Below, in pieces: positions 45,545 to 53,854 of a stretch of 64,000 bases of DNA. Within the stretch, counting starts at the first letter, position 1. Each line of letters opens with the position of its first letter. The stretch is taken from the NCBI RefSeq assembly GCF_054482595.1, contig NZ_CM137008.1; one strand, 5' to 3'. The position numbers were made by a program, and so were the translations under genes. A model generated the notes under the pieces. That model did not search any database. It had not been told where the DNA came from and worked only from the letters and a program-made list of their open reading frames with translations.

Positions 45545-48136
45545 ATGCATCAATCTGGTTCTGTTTCTCTTTGTCGTTCCGCAATATCTGTTCTGGTGGC
45601 TACAGCGTTATATTCACCCATAGCATTGGCATCAACAGTTGAGTATGGTGAGACAGTTGATGGTGTTGTCCTGGAAAAAGATATCCAGCTGGTTTATGGG
45701 ACCGCCAATAATACGAAAATCAATCCTGGCGGAGAACAGCATATTAAAGAATTTGGTATAAGTAGTAATACTGAAATTAACGGCGGGTATCAGTACATTG
45801 AAATGAATGGCACCGCAGAATACTCCGTATTAAATGATGGTTATCAAATTGTTCAAATGGGTGGCGCGGCAAACCAGACTACCCTCAATAATGGTGTGCT
45901 ACAGGTTTATGGCGCAGCGAATGATCCCACGATTAAAGGCGGGCGCTTAATCGTTGAAAAAGATGGGATTACCGTCCTTGCCGCTATCGAAAAGGGAGGA
46001 TTACTGGAGGTTAAAGAGGGGGGATTAGCGATTGCGGTAGATCAGAAAGCAGGCGGTGCTATTAAAGCAACCACGCGGGTCATGGAGGTATTCGGAACAA
46101 ACCGTCTCGGTCAGTTCGATATCAAGAATGGAATTGCAAACAATATGCTGTTGGAAAACGGCGGAAGTTTGCGAGTTGAAGAAAATGACTTCGCTTATAA
46201 TACTACTGTAGATAGTGGCGGCTTACTGGAGGTTATGGATGGCGGGACTGCAACTGGCGTTGATAAAAAAGCAGGCGGAAAATTAATTGTCTCAACGAAT
46301 GCGCTGGAAGTGAGTGGTACAAACAGTAAAGGCCAATTTAGTATAAAAGATGGTGTGTCAAAAAATTATGAACTGGATGATGGTTCCGGGCTTATTGTTA
46401 TGGAGGACACGCAGGCCATTGACACTATCCTTGATGAGCATGCCACTATGCAATCGCTGGGAAAGGATACTGGTACGAGAGTGCAGGCAAATGCGGTATA
46501 TGATCTCGGTCGATCAGATCAGAATGGAAGTATAACGTATTCCTCTAAAGCCATCTCTGAAAATATGGTTATCAACAATGGCCGCGCTAACGTCTGGGCT
46601 GGCACAATGGTTAACGTTTCAGTCAGAGGGAATGATGGCATTCTTGAGGTCATGAAGCCGCAAATAAATTATGCACCCGCAATGTTGGTGGGTAAGGTAG
46701 TGGTTTCTGAGGGCGCTTCTTTTAGAACGCATGGTGCCGTGGATACCAGCAAAGCGGACGTTTCGCTCGAAAATAGCGTATGGACCATCATTGCCGATAT
46801 CACTACGACGAACCAAAACACCCTCCTCAACTTAGCCAACCTTGCGATGTCTGACGCAAATGTGATTATGATGGATGAGCCAGTGACTCGTTCATCAGTG
46901 ACGGCAAGTGCGGAAAATTTCATTACGTTGACCACCAATACCCTGTCGGGAAACGGCAATTTTTATATGCGTACCGATATGGCTAATCATCAGAGCGATC
47001 AGCTCAACGTCACCGGTCAGGCAACAGGTGATTTCAAAATATTCGTGACGGACACCGGTGCCAGCCCGGCAGCAGGAGATAGCCTTACACTGGTAACAAC
47101 GGGCGGCGGTGATGCTGCATTTACGTTGGGCAATGCCGGAGGCGTTGTTGATATCGGTACGTATGAATATACCTTGCTGGATAATGGTAACCATAGCTGG
47201 AGTCTGGCAGAGAATCGCGCGCAAATTACCCCTTCAACCACTGATGTGCTGAATATGGCGGCCGCACAACCGCTGGTATTTGATGCAGAACTGGACACCG
47301 TGCGTGAGCGTCTTGGTAGCGTAAAAGGCGTTAGTTACGATACGGCGATGTGGAGTTCGGCAATTAACACCCGCAACAACGTGACCACTGATGCGGGAGC
47401 TGGTTTTGAGCAAACATTGACGGGCCTGACGCTCGGTATCGATAGCCGTTTCTCCCGTGAAGAAAGCAGCACAATTCGCGGCTTGTTCTTTGGTTACTCT
47501 CATTCTGATATTGGTTTTGATCGCGGCGGAAAAGGTAATATCGATAGCTATACCCTGGGGGCTTATGCCGGTTGGGAGCATCAGAACGGTGCCTATGTTG
47601 ATGGGGTGGTGAAAGTTGACCGTTTTGCCAACACCATCCATGGCAAGATGAGTAATGGGACAACAGCGTTTGGCGATTACAATAGTAACGGCGCGGGTGC
47701 TCATGTTGAGAGCGGGTTCCGTTGGGTTGACGGATTGTGGAGTGTTAGACCCTATCTGGCCTTTACCGGCTTTACCACAGATGGTCAGGACTACACGTTA
47801 TCAAACGGCATGCGCGCGGACGTGGGAAATACCCGGATATTACGCGCTGAAGCGGGAACGGCGGTAAGCTATCACATGGACCTGCAAAACGGTACGACGC
47901 TGGAACCCTGGCTGAAAGCCGCCGTACGTCAGGAATACGCCGATTCTAACCAGGTGAAAGTTAATGACGATGGCAAATTTAATAATGATGTGGCTGGAAC
48001 CCGTGGCGTTTATCAGGCTGGGATAAGGTCATCGTTTACCCCGACGTTAAGCGGTCATTTGTCAGTCAGCTATGGCAATGGCGCAGGGGTAGAATCGCCG
48101 TGGAATACTCAGGCGGGTGTGGTCTGGACGTTCTGA
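45545..48136 (+). CDS. yejO: Autotransporter YejO, apparently intact
   Basis: 863 aa, signal peptide, passenger repeats, C-terminal beta-barrel ending WTF. Confidence 0.9.
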   Translation: MHQSGSVSLCRSAISVLVATALYSPIALASTVEYGETVDGVVLEKDIQLVYGTANNTKINPGGEQHIKEFGISSNTEINGGYQYIEMNGTAEYSVLNDGYQIVQMGGAANQTTLNNGVLQVYGAANDPTIKGGRLIVEKDGITVLAAIEKGGLLEVKEGGLAIAVDQKAGGAIKATTRVMEVFGTNRLGQFDIKNGIANNMLLENGGSLRVEENDFAYNTTVDSGGLLEVMDGGTATGVDKKAGGKLIVSTNALEVSGTNSKGQFSIKDGVSKNYELDDGSGLIVMEDTQAIDTILDEHATMQSLGKDTGTRVQANAVYDLGRSDQNGSITYSSKAISENMVINNGRANVWAGTMVNVSVRGNDGILEVMKPQINYAPAMLVGKVVVSEGASFRTHGAVDTSKADVSLENSVWTIIADITTTNQNTLLNLANLAMSDANVIMMDEPVTRSSVTASAENFITLTTNTLSGNGNFYMRTDMANHQSDQLNVTGQATGDFKIFVTDTGASPAAGDSLTLVTTGGGDAAFTLGNAGGVVDIGTYEYTLLDNGNHSWSLAENRAQITPSTTDVLNMAAAQPLVFDAELDTVRERLGSVKGVSYDTAMWSSAINTRNNVTTDAGAGFEQTLTGLTLGIDSRFSREESSTIRGLFFGYSHSDIGFDRGGKGNIDSYTLGAYAGWEHQNGAYVDGVVKVDRFANTIHGKMSNGTTAFGDYNSNGAGAHVESGFRWVDGLWSVRPYLAFTGFTTDGQDYTLSNGMRADVGNTRILRAEAGTAVSYHMDLQNGTTLEPWLKAAVRQEYADSNQVKVNDDGKFNNDVAGTRGVYQAGIRSSFTPTLSGHLSVSYGNGAGVESPWNTQAGVVWTF

Positions 48137-48197
48137 TAACAGAAAATAAACAGGCTGTGATGTGTCACGGTCTGTTTATCGAATTAATTGCAGATAT

Positions 48198-48228
48198 AAA
48201 AAAACCAACCGTAAGGGTTGGTTTTTTT
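48198..48228. terminator. Bidirectional hairpin (A-run/CCAACC-GTAAG-GGTTGG/T-run) between yejO and the tRNA-derived core
   Basis: Inverted repeat flanked by A7 and T7 runs. Confidence 0.65.
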
Positions 48229-48236
48229 GGGATTTT

Positions 48237-48285
48237 TGGTCGGCACGAGAGGATTTGAACCTCCGACCCCCGACACCCCATGACG
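48237..48285 (-). other. Prophage attachment core: 3'-terminal ~49 nt of tRNA-Pro (proL-type), not a complete tRNA
   Basis: Minus strand reads CGTCATGGGGTGTCGGGGGTCGGAGGTTCAAATCCTCTCGTGCCGACCA (anticodon-stem to CCA end) but the expected 5' half (CGGCACG acceptor arm) is absent; sequence diverges into AT-rich phage DNA. Confidence 0.8.
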
Positions 48286-48654
48286 CCGCTTGAAAAATGC
48301 TGAGAACCGCGCAATCGCTGGTGGTAGGTACTATTCGCATGTATAAACAAACAGTGCTTTTTTAGCAAAATCCGTTCTATATACATCAATGACTTAGGTG
48401 GTGGTTTCTCCCCATGCCACAAGTAGTGTTGAGCTTTACTGAAGCCACTCCATTGGCCTCTACATGGAAACTAACAAGAAAATGTCAGTTGAAGGAGTTT
48501 TATAAATTCATGTTTTCTTCTTCAGGACAACCCATCACCCGCAGGCACCGCCTGCGGGAATTTTGCGACTGTGTTCGTTTTAAATTATAGATGCATCACC
48601 TGATATTCGTGACATACAAACTATGCATTAGCCAGATCTATACTGGATAAGTAT

Positions 48655-50406
48655 TCATTCTAATGCCTTCTCAATGTTTGTATTTATTTCTGATAAACTA
48701 TTAATTACACCGTCAAATACAAAATCAAGAGCGTTACTATAACCAATTGCTAAAGTAGCTGAATCAAATCCTAGTTTTGCTAAATGCTCAATTGATTTGT
48801 TTACTGCTTCATGAGCTTCAGCATTTCTTAAATCATTATTTATAAAAAACGATGCCACTTTTTTATTTTGAGTTTTAAAATCTGCAAATTCTGTGGCGTG
48901 CTTAAGTACAGATGAGTCTTCATTCTGTTCAATAATTGGCTCGATAAGGTTAAGTAATGATTGAAGTAGTTTCAGAGTTTGGAATTTTTCGATGTCTGAT
49001 TTATTAACACCCATTGCAATTAATAATTTTTTTAAAGAGCCTGATTTAATCTTATTTAAAATCTCATTAATAGTCTTACATCTATTCAAAAAATCCGGTT
49101 CTTGCATGTCATTTGGCGCAACAAATGCTAGCTTCTGCAATACTGGATAGTTAGAGATTCCTTCTGATTCTAACTCTGTGCGATTAATTTCTAAAATGTC
49201 TGCATTGGATAAAGTAACACCAATACTTCTACCAAGTGCTACAAGATTATCGCTAAGTCTTGCTAGTTCTCTAGCGAATTTAAATGTTTTAGATACAATA
49301 TGTTCTCCGCTTAAATCATTTTCAGTGATTTGGTTTGGATCCTTAGCATAATCAAAAACATGATAAACCTCCTCTTCAGGAATTCCTCGATACAGCTCAT
49401 AAAACGGAATTCTGACTAAGTTTCTTCCAACCCTGATGCAATCCCTAAAGGACCATTGTCCACCGTAGCTTGGAGCAACCCTATAAGAATAGCCGTCATA
49501 AAATGGAATAGCATCATATGAAGAATCTTTTTCATATTTAGTAAGGAAAGAGTCATTAACCAAGACATATTCATTGTTTCTGATGTCTTTGGCTCTTGAA
49601 CTCGTCATAGGAGTATCATATCCCGGCCATATTAATTCATCTATATTTAATTTTTTACAAAGTTCAGGCTGAACAGATTGTACACTTCCCCATGCTTGCA
49701 ATAATATATTGTCCCCATTATCTACTATCTCAAAATCTATCCAAGGCAAATCAAACTTGAAATGTTTTGACCCAGACAATAAGTTAATTACTTCCGTCGT
49801 TCTTTGAATACGTGCTTCATAGTAAAAAACACGTACACCAACATAATTTCTCATCCAGAGGTATTTTCTTAGATAATCATTACGCATTGTCCATTTTACA
49901 TCTTTATTACTTCTAAAGTAATACTCGCTTGACACATCCCCTTGTGCGACTCCATAATCGGGCAAGCTTACCTCATCGAAAATGACTTTTTGCTCAGTGT
50001 CACCTATAAGTCTGGGTTTTAGACCAAGCATCATCCATACATCTTCAGCTAAAAAAAATGAAAAGTGAGAACTATCACCCCAAGAAGCTACAATATACTT
50101 ATAACCTGAAATTGATAAACTATAATCTCTTGCTCCGCCTTTAGACCTACAGTCAGGAGTCGAAAATGAAACTAAACCATTAGTAGACTCCTGGAGAACT
50201 TTGATATTATTGATATCTTCTTGTGGTACGGTAGCCATTGTCATATGAGCACACTCATGATTATCTTTAAAAAGATTTTTTTCGTATCTATGTGTGACAA
50301 TGACCTCTTTCTGTGGATTAGTAATATCCTCTATAGATAATAAATCTTTAAGACCTTGAGGGATCTGATCTACTGGTAAAGGTAATTGTGATATATAGTC
50401 AATCAT
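48655..50406 (-). CDS. Hypothetical 583-aa cargo protein (no TM, no recognised NTPase motif), C-terminal Rx4H (HEPN-like) motif; candidate defence/abortive-infection gene
   Basis: Long clean ORF, visibly AT-rich, own ~320-bp AT-rich upstream region, located between att core and int. Confidence 0.7.
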   Translation of the reverse strand: MIDYISQLPLPVDQIPQGLKDLLSIEDITNPQKEVIVTHRYEKNLFKDNHECAHMTMATVPQEDINNIKVLQESTNGLVSFSTPDCRSKGGARDYSLSISGYKYIVASWGDSSHFSFFLAEDVWMMLGLKPRLIGDTEQKVIFDEVSLPDYGVAQGDVSSEYYFRSNKDVKWTMRNDYLRKYLWMRNYVGVRVFYYEARIQRTTEVINLLSGSKHFKFDLPWIDFEIVDNGDNILLQAWGSVQSVQPELCKKLNIDELIWPGYDTPMTSSRAKDIRNNEYVLVNDSFLTKYEKDSSYDAIPFYDGYSYRVAPSYGGQWSFRDCIRVGRNLVRIPFYELYRGIPEEEVYHVFDYAKDPNQITENDLSGEHIVSKTFKFARELARLSDNLVALGRSIGVTLSNADILEINRTELESEGISNYPVLQKLAFVAPNDMQEPDFLNRCKTINEILNKIKSGSLKKLLIAMGVNKSDIEKFQTLKLLQSLLNLIEPIIEQNEDSSVLKHATEFADFKTQNKKVASFFINNDLRNAEAHEAVNKSIEHLAKLGFDSATLAIGYSNALDFVFDGVINSLSEINTNIEKALE

Positions 50407-50728
50407 TATAATTTATGCCTTCTATGCTCAGTATTAAATTAAATATTAAATCGAAGTCATCCCCTTGGCAACCTAAATCGTTTGCTGCTAGTACTTCAGT
50501 GTAAGATTAATTATGCAATAGTTTGCAATTGAAATATCTTAAGCTGTAGAAAAATCAATCATACTGATACCTTTTACTTAAGTTTCACTCCTAGGCATGA
50601 TGAACGCTTCCTCAAGATACAGTATTACGCTATGCCTGCAACTTTCACTTGTGGCATAGTAAACCTTTCAATTTAGGTTTAGCCCTGTATAGTAGTAATG
50701 CACGCTTCAAATCTGAGCTAATAAAATT

Positions 50729-51913
50729 TTAACTGGCTTTAATTTCTCCATGTGGTACGACAACCCAATCAATATGGTTTTGCGTATAAATCTTGGTTGA
50801 CTTGGAGTCGCTGTGCGCCATTCGTGCTTGCGGATCGATACCTTGCTGATCGAAAAGATACGCTGCTAATGCTCTAATTTCGTGAAAGGTTGGTCTTTCA
50901 TCTATCGGTAGATTGTCGCATAAACCTAGCTTGTCACGTGTGGCTGAAAACGACCGGCTCAAATAGTCCGGTGCAACTTGAGTAGGGTGTGAAACCTCTT
51001 TGCTGCGTTTAACCTGCCGTTCAGGGATCCTGTGAACGACAAACGGACTGGCCACATTATCTCGGCTATCATCAATTATTCGTTTCAACTCTTCACCAAT
51101 CGGTATTGCAACGTGTGATGCCTCTTTTTTTTGCACTTTTTGCCTGTGGATGTAAAGCGTCCCATATATGCCATTTTGTGGTTGTTCGAACCAGACACAT
51201 CCACATATACCGTCTTTAGGTTCGCGAATTGAGTAACGGATTCGCGATACTTCGAGTCGTGCATGTGTAGTCTGCAATGCTAGGTCCATTGCTGTTCTTA
51301 ACCATGGTGCAGCGGCCTGCCTGATAGCTATAAAATGCTCGAGTGACAGGCGCCGTCTTTTCTTCTCATCAGTCCTACGCATTTTTTTTCTGATGGCCGG
51401 GTTATCCAGCATTAGTGATTCATCGACCGCATAAGAGAACAACTTTTTAAGGAAGCTGACCTTTCTGTTCTGCACATTTGCGGATGCGCAGGCATGATAT
51501 TTATTGATGTAGGTATTAACGTGTTCAAGTGCAATATCGCATGCTGGAACATTTACGAAAAACGCTTTTACGCGTAGAGCGTCATTTTTCCAGTCATCTA
51601 AGGTGCTCTGGGAAGGACGTTCGTCTTCGATAATCCGGGTCATTATGTGATCAACATGTTCAGCAAATGGTTTTGCTTCTCCGATAACACCGCCAGATTC
51701 TCTAATAAGATTATCTACTGATGGAGATAATTCTGGTCGCATCCTCAGGTTGTACTCTCTGGCGATTGCAATGGCTATTGCCCTATCCTTACCTATATTT
51801 TTCTTCTTTCCGGTAATAAGTGTGAATTTATAAACACCTCGATCTTTATCAAAAATCAGATAATCAGGAAGATGTCTGTATTCTTTTTTACGTGGCCTTG
51901 CCGCCATGGTCAC
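50729..51913 (-). CDS. int: Phage integrase, tyrosine recombinase
   Basis: 394 aa; C-terminal catalytic region with HEIRALAAYL (HxxR) and STKIYTQ (Tyr); overlaps xis. Confidence 0.92.
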   Translation of the reverse strand: MTMAARPRKKEYRHLPDYLIFDKDRGVYKFTLITGKKKNIGKDRAIAIAIAREYNLRMRPELSPSVDNLIRESGGVIGEAKPFAEHVDHIMTRIIEDERPSQSTLDDWKNDALRVKAFFVNVPACDIALEHVNTYINKYHACASANVQNRKVSFLKKLFSYAVDESLMLDNPAIRKKMRRTDEKKRRRLSLEHFIAIRQAAAPWLRTAMDLALQTTHARLEVSRIRYSIREPKDGICGCVWFEQPQNGIYGTLYIHRQKVQKKEASHVAIPIGEELKRIIDDSRDNVASPFVVHRIPERQVKRSKEVSHPTQVAPDYLSRSFSATRDKLGLCDNLPIDERPTFHEIRALAAYLFDQQGIDPQARMAHSDSKSTKIYTQNHIDWVVVPHGEIKAS

Positions 51914-52119
51914 CCCTCATTTATTAACTTGCGAACAGCTTGACTAACCATTGAGTCGACTCCCCATTTTTCTGTTTCGCAGACAAAAACAGAACCGTCC
52001 ACGATGCGTCCCATGAGTAGACCGTTCTCGACCCAACGTTTTATCGTTCGGTTGTCAGGAATTGAGCCATTAGAGAATTCACGGCGTCCCCATTGGCTCG
52101 CTTTCATTAGTTTTGCCAT
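51910..52119 (-). CDS. xis: Excisionase (Xis-like)
   Basis: Small ORF overlapping int start by 4 nt; ...RTIKRWVENG... winged-helix excisionase motif; start at MAKLMK chosen (ORF-track start 52164 possible). Confidence 0.75.
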   Translation of the reverse strand: MAKLMKASQWGRREFSNGSIPDNRTIKRWVENGLLMGRIVDGSVFVCETEKWGVDSMVSQAVRKLINEG

Positions 52120-52180
52120 GGCTGTTTCTCCACTTAGCCCGCTGCACACGGGTAGTAATATCAAATTCCAGTCCTGATAA

Positions 52181-52396
52181 TTAATTTTGTTCTCTGGTTG
52201 CTACTTGTTTTATTGGCCTGATGCTGTCCAGGAGCAGACGGCGGCGCATGTTTGGCGCGCCCCAACGGTAACCAGTCTTTTTGTCGTAGGATTCACAACG
52301 TCCGACAACCCAGGAGGTTTCAGTGGAATGTAATTTCATCCGCTTTTCACCGTCTCGGGTGATAACAATTCCTGTATGAGTTTTTATCACGCTCAT
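52181..52396 (-). CDS. Hypothetical small phage protein (71 aa)
   Basis: ORF upstream of xis with RBS GGAGAATAAAAAATG; function unknown. Confidence 0.55.
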   Translation of the reverse strand: MSVIKTHTGIVITRDGEKRMKLHSTETSWVVGRCESYDKKTGYRWGAPNMRRRLLLDSIRPIKQVATREQN

Positions 52397-52920
52397 TTTT
52401 TATTCTCCGGTGCTTTCGGCATTACTGCCCAGTGGGTAATATTGACGTTTTCAAGGTCCCCGACCTGAAATGTCCACTGCCATTCTCCGGTTTCTTTTTG
52501 CCCCCAATGTGTACCAGAGAGAACGCCAGCCAATCAGCCAGCCTTCTCCATTAGCATCAAATAACAGAACACTTTCATGTCTGTTTTGTAAAAAGGACGG
52601 TACCAGCCGGAAGCAAGGGTACAAGCTGGTACCTCCAAGACTACACACAGCATAAAGTTGTGGTGCCGGGTGCCTCCCGGTGCCTGGCGAAGGTTGCACA
52701 CCAGGCGGGTGGGTATCCACAGAAGGTCGACTGTCAGCCTCAACCTTTACCCGCGTGCGCTGAGCCGCATTCACCACAACGCTAAGGATTCTCTCTGGTT
52801 GAAAATACTTAGCTGTTATGTGCCTGCTTTTAGCCACATCAGGCGAGGTGGACCTAGTTATTCCCCAACAACAAGGATTTGGTTATTATGTAACCCTCCC
52901 CAACAACGATAAGGATTTAT

Positions 52921-53010
52921 ATGGAACGATGTGTAGATAAGTATGAGGAGAGGCATGTGCCGTTAAGGCAAAAGCCTCCAGTTCCTCCAAAACCACCCAA
53001 GGAAAACTGA
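52921..53010 (+). CDS. Putative 29-aa proline-rich leader peptide (MERCVDKYEERHVPLRQKPPVPPKPPKEN)
   Basis: AGGA RBS 5 nt upstream of ATG; stop 7 nt before the 164-aa ORF start; see findings. Confidence 0.35.
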   Translation: MERCVDKYEERHVPLRQKPPVPPKPPKEN

Positions 53011-53017
53011 GACTAAT

Positions 53018-53512
53018 ATGACCAGAGACGATTATAAATTTTATATTCACTACTCTTATGTATTGGAGAAGATGAATTACACGTTGTTAACTCGTATTGA
53101 TAAATTAATAACGTTGATGTTAATCGTTCTCGGTTTTTCAGTTTTCGCCCCGTACAGTAATTTATTTATTTTCGGTTTGTTTGTTGCCGTACTTTCGGTT
53201 CTTCAGTTGGTCTATCAGTTCGGCCAGGAGGCTGGGATGTCTAAAGAACAAGCGAGGCATTACAAAAGACTGCTGATTGAGTCTGATACTCTTTCTGAAG
53301 ATCAGTTGCAAGCTAGGTATTTAAAAATCCAAGATACCGATAGTAATCCATGGAAATCACTTGAACGAGCGGCTTTCATTCGGGCCTGCATTTTTGCTGG
53401 TGTTCCAACTAAGTACGATCTAACAACCAAAGAAAAATTTATTGCTTGGTGTGCGGGAGATCTACCTCTAGAGAATGAACTAACGGATATTAATGATGAC
53501 CAACAAGCATAA
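53018..53512 (+). CDS. Small membrane protein with two N-terminal TM helices; SieB-like position (superinfection exclusion candidate)
   Basis: 164 aa, AT-rich, hydrophobic segments LITLMLIVLGFSVFAPY and LFIFGLFVAVLSVLQLVY; sits between early-left region and cI on opposite strand. Confidence 0.65.
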   Translation: MTRDDYKFYIHYSYVLEKMNYTLLTRIDKLITLMLIVLGFSVFAPYSNLFIFGLFVAVLSVLQLVYQFGQEAGMSKEQARHYKRLLIESDTLSEDQLQARYLKIQDTDSNPWKSLERAAFIRACIFAGVPTKYDLTTKEKFIAWCAGDLPLENELTDINDDQQA

Positions 53513-53567
53513 TCCAGTTCACGGACATGTACCTCCGAAGCCGAAACCACCGAAACCGAAGAAATGA
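53496..53567 (+). CDS. Putative 23-aa proline-rich micro-ORF (MTNKHNPVHGHVPPKPKPPKPKK)
   Basis: ATG overlapping the 3' end of the 164-aa ORF; see findings. Confidence 0.3.
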   Translation: MTNKHNPVHGHVPPKPKPPKPKK

Positions 53568-53586
53568 GACATAATAGGATTGGATA

Positions 53587-53655
53587 ATGAGTCGACCAAT
53601 AGAGCCTTTTCATATTCCACCTCGTCCCAGGCCACCAGATCCAGGCCCAAAGTGA
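53587..53655 (+). CDS. Putative 22-aa proline-rich micro-ORF (MSRPIEPFHIPPRPRPPDPGPK)
   Basis: AGGA RBS 7 nt upstream; followed by terminator hairpin. Confidence 0.3.
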   Translation: MSRPIEPFHIPPRPRPPDPGPK

Positions 53656-53678
53656 GGGTTACTGATTTTTAAAGAGCG

Positions 53679-53703
53679 AAGCGTCCGGTAGGGCGCTTTT
53701 TTG
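53679..53703 (+). terminator. Rho-independent terminator closing the membrane-protein/micro-ORF unit
   Basis: AAGCGTCC-GGTA-GGGCGCTT hairpin (one G-U pair) followed by TTTTTT. Confidence 0.6.
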
Positions 53704-53817
53704 TTGCTAACGAATCATCTTGGACTTCATATGCCCCAGGCGGCTACTTCGTGAGCGTCCTGCCTGTTTGTTGTTTCTCTTGGGTACATTATGTATCTCA
53801 AAGGTACATTGTCAAGC

Positions 53818-53842
53818 ATAAAAAAACCTGCCGAAGCAGGTT
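53818..53842 (-). terminator. Rho-independent terminator downstream of cI
   Basis: Minus strand AACCTGC-TTCG-GCAGGTT followed by U-run. Confidence 0.65.
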
Positions 53843-53854
53843 CATAAACATTGA

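Noticed and set aside
48237-48320. Possible complete tRNA-Pro gene
   Set aside because: Only the 3' ~49 nt match tRNA-Pro; no complementary 5' acceptor arm is present, so this is the duplicated att core rather than a functional tRNA.
52451-52837. 128-aa minus-strand ORF in the GC-rich stretch as an N-like antiterminator or other early gene
   Set aside because: No Arg-rich N-terminal motif, odd Pro/Gly/Ser/Trp-rich composition, and it overlaps strong hairpins; more likely non-coding. Left as uncertain.
52440-52920. Retron msr/msd or CRISPR-like array
   Set aside because: No reverse transcriptase or cas genes nearby; the repeats are only two tandem copies without spacer-repeat periodicity.
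53520-53570. Minus-strand glycine-rich micro-ORF (MSHFFGFGGFGFGGTCP) as a microcin-like peptide
   Set aside because: Reverse complement of the CCGAAACC direct repeats; no RBS, and better explained as the antisense of the plus-strand proline-rich micro-ORF.
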